From: Felis catus
Taxonomy: Eukaryota
Length of the DNA stretch: 64,000 bases
Assembly: GCF_018350175.1 (NCBI RefSeq)
Contig: NC_058377.1
Span: 16,554,001-16,618,000, forward strand
Reading direction: 5' to 3'
Shown here: in pieces, positions 10,331 to 29,929 of the stretch
Numbering within the stretch: position 1 is the stretch's first letter
Layout of the letters: every line of letters begins with the position of its first letter
The notes under the pieces: model-generated
The model's database searches: none
What the model saw: the letters and a program-made list of their open reading frames with translations, nothing else
What the model was told of the DNA's origin: nothing
Made by a program: the position numbers and the translations under genes

Positions 10331-13300
10331 TTCCTTTGCCTTCCTCCTGGCATCACTGTCTGCGACTCAGGCCGAGGGAGCCTCGTCTTTGGAGATATCC
10401 TTCCTCTGGAGCTGTCTGTTCCCTCCCCGGATCCCTGAAGAGATCCAGCTGGGATGGAATCTGTCGGTCAGAGGGGTTCGTGTTACGTGACACTTTCCTT
10501 TAGGTGGGCGCCCAGTGGCTCCTTCTGTGGCCTGAGGGAAGAAAGGAGGAAGTCCATTCTGTAACTTGTTGCCAACTGAGCAGTCGTGGGCAAGGCGACC
10601 TCTTCGGGCTTCCATTTACTTCTCTGTGAAAGAGGTGTAAGATACCAGTTTGGCAAGGCTATTTTTTTTTATAACGTTTATTTATTTTTGGGACAGAGAG
10701 AGACAGAGCATGAACGGGGGAGGGGCAGAGAGAGAGGGAGACACAGAATCTGAAACAGGCTCCAGGCTCTGAGCCATCAGCACAGAGCCCGACGCGGGGC
10801 TCGAACTCACGGACCGTGAGATCATGACCTGAGGTGAAGTCGGCCGCCTAACCGATTGAGCCACCCAGGCGCCCCAAGGCTATTTTTAAGATCTATCTAA
10901 ACAGCGTATGCAGGTTGGCTTTACAAGATGAATGTGTAAGGTGGCATGATCTCTCCTGCCCAAATTGTGGGCAAGGAGATACATGAGACTAGAAGTTTGC
11001 TGCTTTGTTCTTCATATTGTTGCTACTAAACTCTGGTCTCCGTTTTCACTGTTTTTAAGGTGGAGAACTTTTAGGAGATAATGTGTGGAGAAATTCTTGA
11101 AAATTTGAGAGAGATTAAATAATATATGTTAGTAGTTGTCTGGGATCTGGTCTAAATAGAAGTCTCTCTCCTTGGAAAGGAGGTTCCTTGACTATTCTAC
11201 ACATATGGAAGGCCAAATCTGGTTCTTGCCCCGCTCTCTACAGCTTACAGGCTTCCAAGCCTACAAACTACGGGTGACACACCTATATCAGCTGAAGCAG
11301 CACAATATTTTGGCATCTGTTGGTGAAGATGAAGAAGGCATCAACCCCCTGGTGAGTCCCAGAAAGGAAGTGGGAAAGACCCAGGCCCTGGGAATGGCTG
11401 TTGGAGGGTGAGTAGTATTCACATATCTGAGGTCTGTTCACAGGTAAAAATCTGGAACCTGGAAAAGAGAGATGGTGGCAATCCACTCTGCACTCGCATC
11501 TTCCCTGCCATCCCAGGAACAGAGCCGACTGTTGTGTCTTGTTTGACTGTCCATGAAAATCTCAACTTTATGGCCATTGGTAAGCGGAAGAGGGCAAAGC
11601 TAACACTCCGTGGTTTTTATAGATTTTCTTCAGAGTTGCTTCTGCAGCTTGTCTTCGTTGTTTTAATGAGACCACTTTATTCTGAACTAAGGCCTTTGAG
11701 ATAGTAAAGTTTGGAGTGGGAAAGCATTTAGTTTTGTTCTTTGAAAAAGAGCCTGTGTGGACCGATTTTATGTTAACCATTGGAAGAGTTAGATATAAGG
11801 AGAAAGCTTGTTACTTCTTTTTTTAAGTTTATTTATTTATTTATTATTATTTTTTTTAACGTTTATTTATTTTTGGGACAGAGAGAGACAGAGCATGAAC
11901 GGGGGAGGGGCAGAGAGAGAGGGAGACACAGAATTGGAAACAGGCTCCAGGCTCCGAGCCATCAGCCCAGAGCCTGACGCGGGGCTCGAACTCACGGACC
12001 GCGAGATGGTGACCTGGCTGAAGTCGGACGCTTAACCGACTGCGCCACCCAGGCGCCCCAAGTTTATTTATTTTGAGAGTGAGAACGAGTCAGGTAGAGG
12101 GGCAGAGAGAGAGAGAGAGAGAGGGAAAGAGAGAGAATCTCAAGCAGGTTCCATGCTGTCAACACAGCCCGACGCAGGGCTCAATCCCACAAACCATGAG
12201 GTTATGACTTGAGCTGAAATCAAGAGTCAAATGCTTAACTGACTGAACCACCCAAGCACCCTGAAAGCTTGTCACTTCTAACAAGTGCCTTAAATGGTCT
12301 TTTTCCCCTTCTGTGCTCCCTGATCTTTTCAGCCTCAATGAAGTGCTGTTTCCTGGTCCCCTACAGGTTTCACAGATGGCAGTGTTACATTGAACAAAGG
12401 AGACATCACACGGGACCGGCATAGCAAGACCCAGATTCTGCACAAGGGCAGCTATCCTGTTACTGGACTGGCGTTTCGCCAAGCGGGAAAGACCACTCAT
12501 TTGTTTGTTGTGACAACTGAGAACGTTCAGGTATGATGGGGGCCTGCACTGTTAGGGGCAGGCAAGAAAGGGGCCTACGATAAGGAAATGACGAGGTAGG
12601 GTTCTTAAACTCTTTATCATGTAGCCTTGAGTCATTTGCCCAGCTTAATATTTTATTTTTTCACTTAAGAGGCAAGGAAGAGTCAGAGTTAGGAAAAGAA
12701 CAATGGGCTTGTAGTGAAAGACCTGCTTTTTTCCCCCTAACTTGTTAAGTAACATTGGACACTGATGCTCTTAATTTCTAACAGTCTACTCTCAAGTATG
12801 GTCTTGGTAAAAGTTCAAAATTATTGCATTTCTTGTAGTGGCAGTTTTCCTGTAGTTAGTGACCATACACACAGAGAGAGAAAATGTGGGTGATGGTAAT
12901 GGACAAAGCAAGGAGCCAGGGAAAGTGTTAGGGTGCTAAGAGTCAAAAAGAAAGAGAGCCAGTATGGAGATGGGAATACCTTTGGGAAGGCTTAGATGCC
13001 CCCTCCTGAAAGGGAGCCTGTTAACGCCTTTCTTCTTGCAGTCCTATATAGTTTCTGGAAAGGACTACCCTCGTGTGGAGTTGGACACCCATGGTTGTGG
13101 CCTGCGCTGCTCAGCTCTAAGCGACCCTTCTCAGGACCTGCAGTTCATAGTGGCTGGAGACGAATGTGTCTACTTATACCAGCCTGATGAACGTGGGCCC
13201 TGCTTTGCCTTCGAGGGCCATAAACTCATTGCTCACTGGTTTAGAGGCTACCTTGTCATTGTCTCCCGTGACCGGAAGGTTTCTCCCAAGTAAGGACTCC

Positions 13301-16300
13301 AGGGGGAAGGGAAAGGGAGAAGGCTGCACTTGTTCGCCAGAATTAGCATGATTTTAAAATCCTAATACCCCAATCCTGTCAGTCTGCTACTTTGGTTTTC
13401 TGTACATTGTCCTCACACTTAGATTCAGTTGTAACATTTTTACTGAAAAAATGTATTTTTGCTACAGGTATTTGCTAAGTGCCCTAGAACGCCCCAGGGA
13501 ATTTTTGACCTGTTTTTGTTTTTTTTTTTACTCTTCAGTCAAAACACACTGGGTGGCGGAACAAGGAAATGAACAGTGGAGAAGCTATAAAGGGCTGGGG
13601 AATGCAGGACACAGTATTTTTATTCTGAGCCACCTGAAAAGGGGTGGCAGGCTCTTCCTCATGATGGAAATGATCCGTGTCAGTGTTTATCTTCAGTCAG
13701 CACTAAGCGCAGTATCTCACATATACCAGGGGCTAATTGTATGAATGGGTGTTTGGATGTTCTTAATTTTTTAAGCCACCCCTTATGTTAATGGTAGGAT
13801 CCTGAAAGGTACGATCAGGTCTATGTGTTCTCTTCCTACAACTGCCCATGCAATGCTGCATTTATGGGATATGCTGCTAGAGGGGCCAGAGGGTGATTTG
13901 TTCTGGGCAGAGTAGGCAGCACCAAAGTTGTCATGGGAAGAGGAGCTGGTGCAAACAGCCGGTGCTTTTTCTTTCCCACACAGGTCAGAGTTTACCAGTA
14001 GGGACTCCCAGAGCTCCGACAAGCAGATCCTCAACATCTACGACCTGTGCAACAAGTTCATAGCCTATAGTGCCGTCTTTGAGGACGTAGTGGACGTTCT
14101 TGCTGAGTGGGGCTCCCTGTACGTGCTGACGCGGGATGGGCGGGTCCACGCGCTGCAGGAGAAGGACACACAGACCAAACTGGAGGCAAGGCCACCAGAT
14201 TTCCAGAGCTGGCCACGGGCACCCAGATGCAGGTGTAGGAACAGGCTCCTCTTGGAGGCCAAGTCACCTTGGCCAGGGTGTTTCCTTCCCTTTGGGGCAC
14301 AGCCTTACCTAGCTCCTTTAGGGCCGAATTACAAGGTAAATGGCCTGGGATGAGGTTTTAAGAGTAAAGTAATGGCTGAGAGCCTGAGTCCACTCTCAGG
14401 GTCCATTCGTCTGCAGAGAGCCTTGGAAAGTAAGGCCATGTTGGACTTCGGGGTATCTGAGAGGTCTTGCCCTGTCTAGGATCTAGGCAGATCAGAAATC
14501 CAGGACCGTCTGGCTTGTGTGTTGTAGCTGCTTTCTGGTAGGGTGTCTCCTGAGGACTGCTTCTAGTAATTTTCTAATCTCTCTTCCCTTGCAGATGCTG
14601 TTTAAGAAGAACCTATTTGAGATGGCCATTAACCTGGCCAAGAGCCAGCACCTAGATAGTGATGGGTTGGCCCAGATCTTCATGCAGTATGGGGACCATC
14701 TCTACAGCAAGGGCAACCACGATGGGGCTGTTCAACAGTATATCCGGTTAGTCTTGGGTGCTTTAGGATATAGCTCTGAATGCAGCCAGATAGACTAACA
14801 CCTGGGCTTGGGTTAGGGGAATGGATTCCACCAAAAGGAGCCATCCTTTTTCCCTGCAGAAACTGTGATGGCCCGGGTGAGAGGTTGGTACAGTTCACTG
14901 TAAAGGGAACATTTAGGGTCAAATATTACATGACTAGGGTGCAGTGGAGCTGATGAGTATCTCTTGTTTTAAACTTTATTTTGTTTTTACCTGTGTATCT
15001 ATATTTTTTAAGTAGGCTTCACACCCAATGTGAGGCTTGAACCCACAACCCCGAGATCAAGAGTTACATGCTCTACTGACAGAGCCAGCCAGGCACGCGT
15101 TCTTGTTTAGGCTGGCCTTTGTTACTATTCATTTTGGGGGCACCTGGCTGGCACAGTTGGTAGAGCACACGACTCTTGATTTCAGCATCATGAGTTCAAG
15201 TCCCACATTGGGCACAAAGCTTAGTTTAAAAAAAAAAAAATTCATTATGACCTGATTTGTTTGTTTGTTTCTTTTGAGAGACACAGCACAAGTGGGGGAG
15301 GGGCAGAGAGAGATGAGGACAGAGGATCTGAAGCGGGCTCTGCACTGGCAGCAGAGAGCCTGATGGGGGGCTCAAACTCATGAACCATGAGATCATGACC
15401 TGAGCCAAAGGCAGACACTTAACCGACTGAGCTACCCAGACGCCCCTTGATTTGATTCTTTAAAGGGAAAGGGTATTCATCTCTTGGCTTCTACAGTTTC
15501 TTCCCTTGAAGAAACCCTAATTCTTGAAATTTTCTGCCCTACTAAGAGGTGGTATGAACATGTCTGGCCCCTCTACCTTTCTAGAATTCCTATCTTCAGC
15601 CAAGTTTAAGAACCAGTGCTGTGTTAGCCTTGCATCTCATGTGGTCTACAGTCTAGTAGCATTGATATCATCCAGGTCTTGTTAGAAATACAGATTCGCA
15701 GGCCTCCCCCCAGACGTGCTGAGGATCTGCAAGTGATGCCTAGGCACATGAAAGAGAAGTACGCTGATCCAGATGCTGTTTGATGCACGTGTCTCTCTAG
15801 AACCATTGGAAAGTTGGAGCCATCCTATGTGATCCGCAAGTTTCTGGATGCCCAGCGCATCCACAACCTGACCGCCTACCTACAGACCCTGCACCGGCAG
15901 TCCCTGGCCAATGCTGACCACACTACCCTGCTGCTCAACTGCTATACCAAGCTCAAGGACAGTTCGAAGCTAGAGGAGTTCATCAAGGTGCAGGGTGGTG
16001 GTGGTGGTGGTGGTAGATTCCCCGAGGGCCCCACTGAGCGGGAGGTGGCTTTACCAGGGTTTGCCACTTTTTCAGCAGATGCAGGGAGAAGAAAGGGCTC
16101 ACCTTATTTGGGGACCAGGACCCTCTGGTCTATAAATTGGGAAGAGGAATAGCCTTTCCTGCTAGTTCTCTCCTGTCTCCCTCTTGTTTTATGATGCTTG
16201 AACTTTTGAGGGTATGTAAGCTCAGCGAATTAACAGTGGTGGGCCCCTGGGTCCCCAGAGGTGTCCCTGTAATAGTAGGGTAAGAGGAAGACTTTAGCTC

Positions 16301-19300
16301 TTAAAAACTTACTGAGAAGTAGGAGGACCTAGTGTTTTAAAACCATGGACTTTCTTTAATTTTTTTTTTTTTTTTGTCTCCAACCCTCCCGGCCTCAACT
16401 TTATTGTTATCTTAAGAATCTGTCAGGGGGCACCTGGCTGGCTCAGTTGGTAGAACATGCAAATCTAGATCTCCAGGTCGTGAGTTCAAGCCCCACATTG
16501 GGCCTAGAGTTTGTGTTAAAAAAAAAAAAAAAAAGAATCTGGTCTCAGATGCAGGTTTCCTCTCCCTGCCCCAACCACAACCTTTCTGTGAATGATTTTG
16601 TCTGACGTCTCCCTGGCAGACCAAGAGTGAGAGCGAAGTCCACTTTGATGTGGAGACAGCCATCAAGGTCCTCCGGCAGGCTGGCTACTACTCCCATGCC
16701 CTCTACTTGGCTGAGAACCATGCACATCATGAGTGGTACTTAAAGATTCAGCTAGAGGACATTAAAGTAAGTGAGACTCTTGACCCAGACAGAGACCTGT
16801 TCTTTTTCCAGGACATCCCTGGAATGATGAAAGTACTTCCTGGTGGGAAGGCAGGAGCATGCGCTTACTCTNNNNNNNNNNNNNNNNNNNNNNNNNNNNN
16901 NNNNNNNNNNNNNNNNNNNNNNNNNNNNNNNNNNNNNNNNNNNNNNNNNNNNNNNNNNNNNNNNNNNNNNNNNNNNNNNNNNNNNNNNNNNNNNNNNNNN
17001 NNNTTGCTGAAGGGACTGTGTACCGACTATCAGCCTAGCCTCGAAGGCCGAGGTGACAGGGAGGCTCCAGGCTGCAGGGTGAGACGTCAAGGAGAATGGC
17101 TTTTGGACAACGGGGATCACTTCCGGGGCCTCATGGATACCACACCCACTCACTCGGCCTCCTCTCTCCTCCCTTGCCATCCTAGGCCAACTCAGAGGAG
17201 TTCATCCCCATCTTTGCCAACAACCCTCGAGAGTTGAAAGCTTTCCTAGAACACATGAGTGAAGTACAGCCTGACTCCCCGCAGGGCATCTATGACACAC
17301 TCCTTGAGCTGCGGCTACAGAACTGGGCCCATGAGAAAGATCAACAGGTGAGGCCTGGCGAAAGCTGCAGCAGATGTTGGAGAAAAGACAGCCCTTCCAT
17401 CTTTTGTGGTTGCCTTTTGCTGCATTCTTTAGACCAGTGACCCCTCACCCTTGGGGGCTAACTGGTTCCTCCGTGAAGAGGCGATCGAAGAGGCAGTTGA
17501 CTTGCCTTGTCACAAGAGAGCTTTGTGATTTTTTTTCCCCCTTATGCCCAGCAACTCTACCCTCCTTCCCTAGGTCAAAGAGAAGCTTCATGCAGAGGCC
17601 ATCTCCCTGCTGAAGAGCGGCCGCTTCTGCGACGTCTTTGACAAGGCCCTGGTCCTCTGCCAGATGCATGACTTCCAGGATGGGGTCCTTTACCTCTATG
17701 AGCAGGGGAAGCTGTAAGATTTGGGGCAACTTCAGGGAAGGGGGAGGATCCGGTTTTCCAGGGACAGCCACTGAGGTGCGCCTTGCCCCGGCCCCAGGTT
17801 CCAGCAGATCATGCACTACCACATGCAGCATGAGCAGTACCGGCAGGTGATTGCTGTGTGCGAGCGCCACGGGGAGCAGGAGCCGTCCCTGTGGGAGCAG
17901 GCCCTCAGCTACTTTGCCCGCAAGGAGGAGGACTGCAAGGAGTATGTGGCGGCCGTGCTCAAGCACATCGAGAGCAAGAACCTCATGCCACCGCTTCTAG
18001 GTACTTCAGAGGGCGGTAGGGAGGGGTGCAGGCTGCCCACAGCTCTGGGGCAGGGGCGCTTCCATTCTATCGAGAGGGTGCTGCTCGGTTCACTGTCTTG
18101 TTTCCTTCCGGGCCCAATCTCAGTGGTGCAGACTCTGGCCCACAACTCCACAGCCACCCTGTCTGTCATCCGGGACTACCTGGTCCAAAAACTACAGAAA
18201 CAGAGCCAGCAGATTGCACAGGACGAGCTCCGGGTGCGACGGTACCGAGAGGAGACCACCCGCATCCGCCAGGAGATCCAGGAGCTCAAGGCGAGGTACT
18301 TGGCGACTAGATATGTGGAGGGGGGATAATCTTGTTCTTCACTGGGTGTCATTAAATACTTTTCATAGAGGATTGTATGAAAATATGTTCAAACTTTGCA
18401 TTTCGGAAGATCTGTTTTCATGGAAGAATTCCAAAGAATGGTTTATTCCATAGATCGTTATTTATTAGGTTTTTGGAGGATGTTAACTTGCAGCAGGTGT
18501 TTTGCTTTTTATGAGTCTGTATTTTTTTCTAAAGACACATTTTTTTTTTTTTTTTTTTTAAGAGAGGGAAAGAGAGAGAGGGCGAGAGCAGGGGAGGGCT
18601 GTGAGATCATGACCTGAGCTAAAATCAGGAGTCAGATGGCAAGCACTGATCTTAACACAGACAAAAAAAAGCCCTGCCATGTGGAGCTTACAACATAGAG
18701 GTAGGCAGGCGCTGAATACATTCAATGAAATATTACGGTATGTTAGATGGTGATAAGGTCTAAGGAGAAAACTAGTTTAGGAAGGGGAGTGGGGTGCTGT
18801 GTGTGTGTGTGTGTGTGTGTGCTCGTTTATAAGGTGGCCAGGAAAGTCTTCACTGGAAGGATCACGTCTAAGTAAAGATCTGAAAGGTACAAGTTCCCCA
18901 GCTGTGGAACGAATGTCACAGGGATGAAAGGTACAGCACAGGGAACGTAGTCGGTGTGGTAATGGTGCTGTGTGGTGACAGATGGTAGGTACATTTGTGG
19001 TGAGCGTAGCGCAACACACAGACTTGTCAATCACCGTGTTGTACACCCCAAAATAATGTAACGTATGTCAATTATACTTCAATTAAAAACAACAACAACA
19101 AAAAAACGGCGCCTGGGTAGCTCACTCGGGTTAAGTGTCCGACCTCAGCTCAGGTCATGATCTCAAGGTTCGCGGGTTTGAGTCCCGTGTCAGGCTCGCT
19201 GTTGTCAGCTCGGAGCCTGCTTCGGATCCTCTGTCCCCTTCTCTCCCCGCCCCTCCCCCACTCGTGTGTGTGTGCTCCCTCTGTCTCAAAAATAAACAGA

Positions 19301-20077
19301 CGTGAAAAATTTTTAAAAACCGTGAAAGACAATTTAGTGGTGGTTATGAAAACTGAACGGGTTAGTCGGACTTCCTGGAAGCACGCTGAGACTCTGCAGG
19401 CCTGGGCGGCATCCTCATTTCACTCCCTTTTGGTGGTTAAGAGCAAGACCTTGTAGTCCCTCGACAGGGACCCCTCATCGACTCCAGCCACCTTCTCTCT
19501 GCACCCGGCTCTTGGCTCTGCCCCCACTCTTTGCCACTCCTTTCTGGTCTCCCTTGCCTGCAGTCCGAAGATTTTCCAGAAGACCAAGTGTAGCATCTGT
19601 AACAGTGCCTTGGAGCTGCCCTCGGTCCACTTTCTCTGCGGCCACTCCTTCCACCAGCACTGCTTTGAGAGTTACTCGGAAAGTGATGCCGACTGCCCCA
19701 CCTGCCTCCCTGAAAACCGGAAGGTCATGGATATGATCCGGGCCCAGGAACAGAAACGCGATCTCCATGATCAGTTCCAGCACCAGGTGGGCATGAGTGG
19801 GTAGATGACTGCCCCACTCACGGAGAATCACGGGAGCATTCGCTTCTTTTCTTTCCTCCTCCTCAGGACAGGACACCTGCAGTTCTGATTCTTCTCTCCT
19901 CTTTCCCTGCAGCTCAAGTGCTCCAACGATAGCTTCTCTGTGATTGCTGACTACTTCGGCCGAGGGGTTTTCAACAAATTGACTCTGCTGACCGACCCTC
20001 CCACGGCCAGGCTGACTGCAAGCCTGGAGGCTGGGCTGCAGCGGGACTTGCTCATGCACTCCAGGAGGGGCACTTAA
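10208..20077 (+). CDS. VPS11: Vacuolar protein sorting 11, HOPS/CORVET core subunit (beta-propeller, CHCR repeat, C-terminal RING), 941 aa
   Basis: 16 exons: 10208-10394, 11203-11351, 11444-11579, 12367-12530, 13042-13289, 13984-14185, 14595-14746, 15801-15987, 16620-16766, about 16890-17078 (5' part under N 16872-17003), 17186-17347, 17574-17713, 17798-18000, 18124-18295, 19564-19786, 19913-20077 (TAA). Sum is 2826 nt if exon 10 is 189 nt. [16 protein letters not shown]...[25 protein letters not shown]...CPTC...MHSRRGT. Intron 1 is AT-AC; intron 6 is GC-AG. Confidence 0.97.
10395..11202 (+). other. VPS11: U12-type (minor spliceosome) AT-AC intron 1 of VPS11
   Basis: 5'ss ATATCCTT at 10395; branch TTCCTTGAC 11184-11192; 3' end ...tattctacAC at 11202; the join G|AT ATG GAA restores ...FGDMEGQIW. 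Confidence 0.93.
10667..10874 (-). mobile_element. CAN-SINE, SINEC_Fc type, inside VPS11 intron 1
   Basis: Full length; 13-bp TSD caaggctattttt (10654-10666, 10875-10887). Confidence 0.95.
11819..12261 (-). mobile_element. Nested CAN-SINEs: young SINEC_Fc (11839-12059) inside the tail of an older SINE
   Basis: Inner TSD aagtttatttattt (11825-11838, 12060-12073); outer TSD aaagcttgt(t/c)acttct (11803-11818, 12264-12279). Confidence 0.92.
15005..15446. mobile_element. Three CAN-SINEs in VPS11 intron 7: 15005-15098 (-), 15137-15240 (+), 15256-15446 (-)
   Basis: tRNA-like heads with A/B boxes and A or T tails in alternating orientation. Confidence 0.85.
15613..15775. mobile_element. MER5A-like hAT-Charlie MITE
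   Basis: cttgttagaaatacagattcgcaggcctcccccagac...gcaagtgatgcctaggcacatgaaag resembles MER5A. Confidence 0.5.
16426..16535 (+). mobile_element. Short tRNA-like CAN-SINE
   Basis: ggggcacctggctggctcagttggtagaac...gtgagttcaagccccac, poly(A), TSD aagaatctg. Confidence 0.85.
18539..18640 (-). mobile_element. CAN-SINE fragment with internal deletion
   Basis: Poly(T), GA-rich segment joined directly to gtgagatcatgacctgagc. Confidence 0.7.
18799..18821. repeat. (GT)n microsatellite
   Basis: About 11 perfect GT units. Confidence 0.95.
18880..19320 (+). mobile_element. Carnivore L1 3' end (about 18880-19105) with a CAN-SINE (19107-19320) in its A-tail
   Basis: ggtgacagatggta...gttgtacacccaaaataatgtaacgtatgtcaattatacttcaattaaaaac followed directly by a SINE head. 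Confidence 0.8.
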
Positions 20078-20398
20078 ACAGCTCAGGGGAAGGGGTGTGA
20101 TAGTGGAGGCACAGTAGTGGGGGCATGGGGGACAGAGGCAGGGCTGTTGCACAGGAGTCAGGCAGACATAACCAGGACTCCACCCTGATCTGATGCCATA
20201 GCCCTCAGGACTAAAGAGGACTTTTTCTCCCTTCTTCGGCCAGCCCGCCATTCCTCCTGTTGACTTTTTGAGCAGTGTGGATCATTCCAGACCAGCGGGG
20301 GAGGGTACCTCAGCAACCTCTGAGTGTGGACAATAGCTGCTTTGTTCTCTATCCAAGGGCACCAGGCTGTGCTTGGGTCCTTGCTCCCAGAGTCTATA

Positions 20399-20404
20399 AA
20401 TAAA
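20399..20404 (+). terminator. VPS11: VPS11 polyadenylation signal AATAAA
   Basis: First AATAAA about 320 nt after the stop, followed by a GT-rich tract. Confidence 0.75.
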
Positions 20405-21287
20405 AGAATATAATGGTTTGGGGGTTGAAGGTTTTGTTCTGGGGACTTCCTGGTGATTCTTAATTGTGCAAGATGTACTTTCCCTCTGCTCTTGTAGAAC
20501 TCCAATTCCCTTCTTGCAGGGTTCTTTGAAGATTATGTTGACAAGACCTCATTCCAGTAATGGGTGGGGCTGGTGGCCTCCAGTAGACCAGTTTACTGAA
20601 GAAAGGCCTGGTACCTGAGCTCCAGGAGCAACCTGGACCAAGGCCCCCAGACTAGCACCTGCTCTGTAGTCTGGCTGGTCTCAGTGGCTCTCGTTTGCAC
20701 AAAATACTCAAGCAGGAGGCAGATTCTGGTGGGAATCCTGGGGTTTGAGCCTGCCTTCATTATGCATAGGTTGGTGTCTTGCCGGATTTAGTACCAAGTG
20801 ATAAACAAGATAGAAGAGCCTTGGTTGAAACGCTTTTTTTCCTACCTCTCGGAAGCTGCCCATTGAAGTTTGTGTGGCTACGTGTCTGCCTACAAATGTG
20901 TCGGAAGACTGCTCTTACGTGTTACTCAGCTGAAGAGTAACTCGGACATTGTGCTTTAGAGTTTAGGTAGTATGTGGAAAAGGGAGAGTACACTGTATTT
21001 GCAGTGGCTACGAATACAGACTTCGAGGCCGCTGACCTAAGTTTGAATCCTAGTTTGATTTAGGTTCTCTTAACCTCCTCTGAACCTGTTTCTTCGTCTG
21101 TACATTAGGAATGACAACATCGCGTATAGCTGTTGTGAAGGCCTGAGGCGCGAATGGGTGTCCAGTTCCTTGGTGGTAGTTAGCACGTGGGCACTCAGTG
21201 CATGGTTATTAATACAAGCACTTTCTCCAGCACTTTTCCCACTAATAATTATGTGCCATTTATAACGGCACTCCCACTTGGGTTGTC

Positions 21288-21497
21288 TTTTTTTTCACGT
21301 TTGTTTATTTTTTGAGAGAGACACAGTGTGAGCAGGGGGAGGGGCAGAGAGAGGGAGACACAGAATCCATAACAGGCTCCAGGCTCTGTGCTGTCAGCAG
21401 AGTCCAACATGAGACTCCAACCCACGAACTGGGAGATCATGACCTGAGCCAAGAGCTAAAGTGAGACACTTACCCGACTGAGCCACCCAGGCGCCCC
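21288..21497 (-). mobile_element. CAN-SINE
   Basis: T-tail, GA-rich segment, head ...gagccacccaggcgccccc. Confidence 0.9.
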
Positions 21498-22049
21498 CCT
21501 TCTTGGGGCATGACCTTTGATCTCTGAGCCAGTCTCCTCAGTTAAGAAACACGAGTGTTGCCTATTTCAGGGCTGTGGCAGAGCAAAGTTTTAATAGAAC
21601 AAAGGAAGCACCGCATCAGTTTCACTAATTGTGCCACAGCCAAGGAGGTAAAGCTGTAGAATTCTGGGTGACCAACTTTCTGCAGCATCCTCTTATCTGG
21701 AGGTGTTGAATCCAGTGGAAGGGGCATGGAAGTTACCCAAGGACGCTTTACTTCAAACGCAGCATTTTAGAGTTAATACTTTTCCTCTCGGGCCCTGCTA
21801 ACTTTGGCTTGGCCCTTTGGGTGGCGTCGGAGGGCTGCTCTGCGGGTAAATCTGGGGAGCATCTCTTAGTCATTGACCATCAGTACTCCCGGCTCAGAAC
21901 GAGGTATATGTAAAAGTAATAATGAATGGTTAATAGGCCCGGGTCTCCAGCAAGGAAGACGGGCGCACAGGGTCCCCAGGGTCCCCACCAGCCGGGTAGA
22001 GTAGGAGCGGTAACAGAAGGGTAAGGTCAGGTCTGTCGCAATCCTTCTA

Positions 22050-22238
22050 ATTCCCGCCCCGAGGGTGGTCCTCCCCTCCGGGGGCGGGCGCCGGAAGTGA
22101 CGGAGAGCCCGGAGTCTGAGGCTGCAGGAGGAGTTCGCACCCCGCGTGCACCTGGTGCCCGTTGGCCGGGACCTCCGGCTTCCCTGTACTCCCGGGGACC
22201 CTGGCGGCACCTCCCGGACCTACCTCTTGAGCACAGCC
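22050..22238 (+). promoter_or_regulatory. HMBS: HMBS housekeeping promoter and 5'UTR (CpG island)
   Basis: GC boxes (cccgcccc, ggggcgggcg) and ETS/GABPA motif CCGGAAGTG at 22091-22099; no TATA box. Confidence 0.75.
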
Positions 22239-29678
<7,440 letters not shown>

Positions 29679-29923
29679 CTGGTCTGTGGGGCACAAGTGC
29701 CTGGGTTGCTATAATGCAGTGCCTGCATCCCAGCCCTAGTGCCCCGGTCTCACTGCTAACTGGGGAGTGATTACCCCAGGGGATTGAACTGCAAGGTCAG
29801 AGACTCCCAGGGACTTGCCTCACCTTGGGGCTGTGTGAGTGCCTTGCCTCCTCAGTAGGTGGGGGTTTCATCTCTTTAGAGAAAAAGTTCAAGCCACAGC
29901 CTTTGAATGTAACCAACTCAACT

Positions 29924-29929
29924 AATAAA
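29924..29929 (+). terminator. HMBS: HMBS polyadenylation signal AATAAA
   Basis: AATAAA about 245 nt after the stop, followed by a GT/T-rich tract. Confidence 0.75.

Noticed and set aside
10504-10637. Possible U2-type cassette exon inside the VPS11 AT-AC intron
   Set aside because: AG and GT sites exist, but they would have to pair with U12 AT/AC ends, which is generally incompatible; no frame support.
15137-15240. tRNA-Lys-like sequences (also 16426-16535, 40299-40430, 61325-61430 and minus-strand copies)
   Set aside because: No paired acceptor stem; they continue into SINE body and A-tail with TSDs, so they are CAN-SINEs, not tRNA genes.
19475-20251. 258-aa antisense ORF over VPS11 exons 15-16
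   Set aside because: Antisense shadow of GC-rich coding exons; crosses the intron and lacks independent signals.
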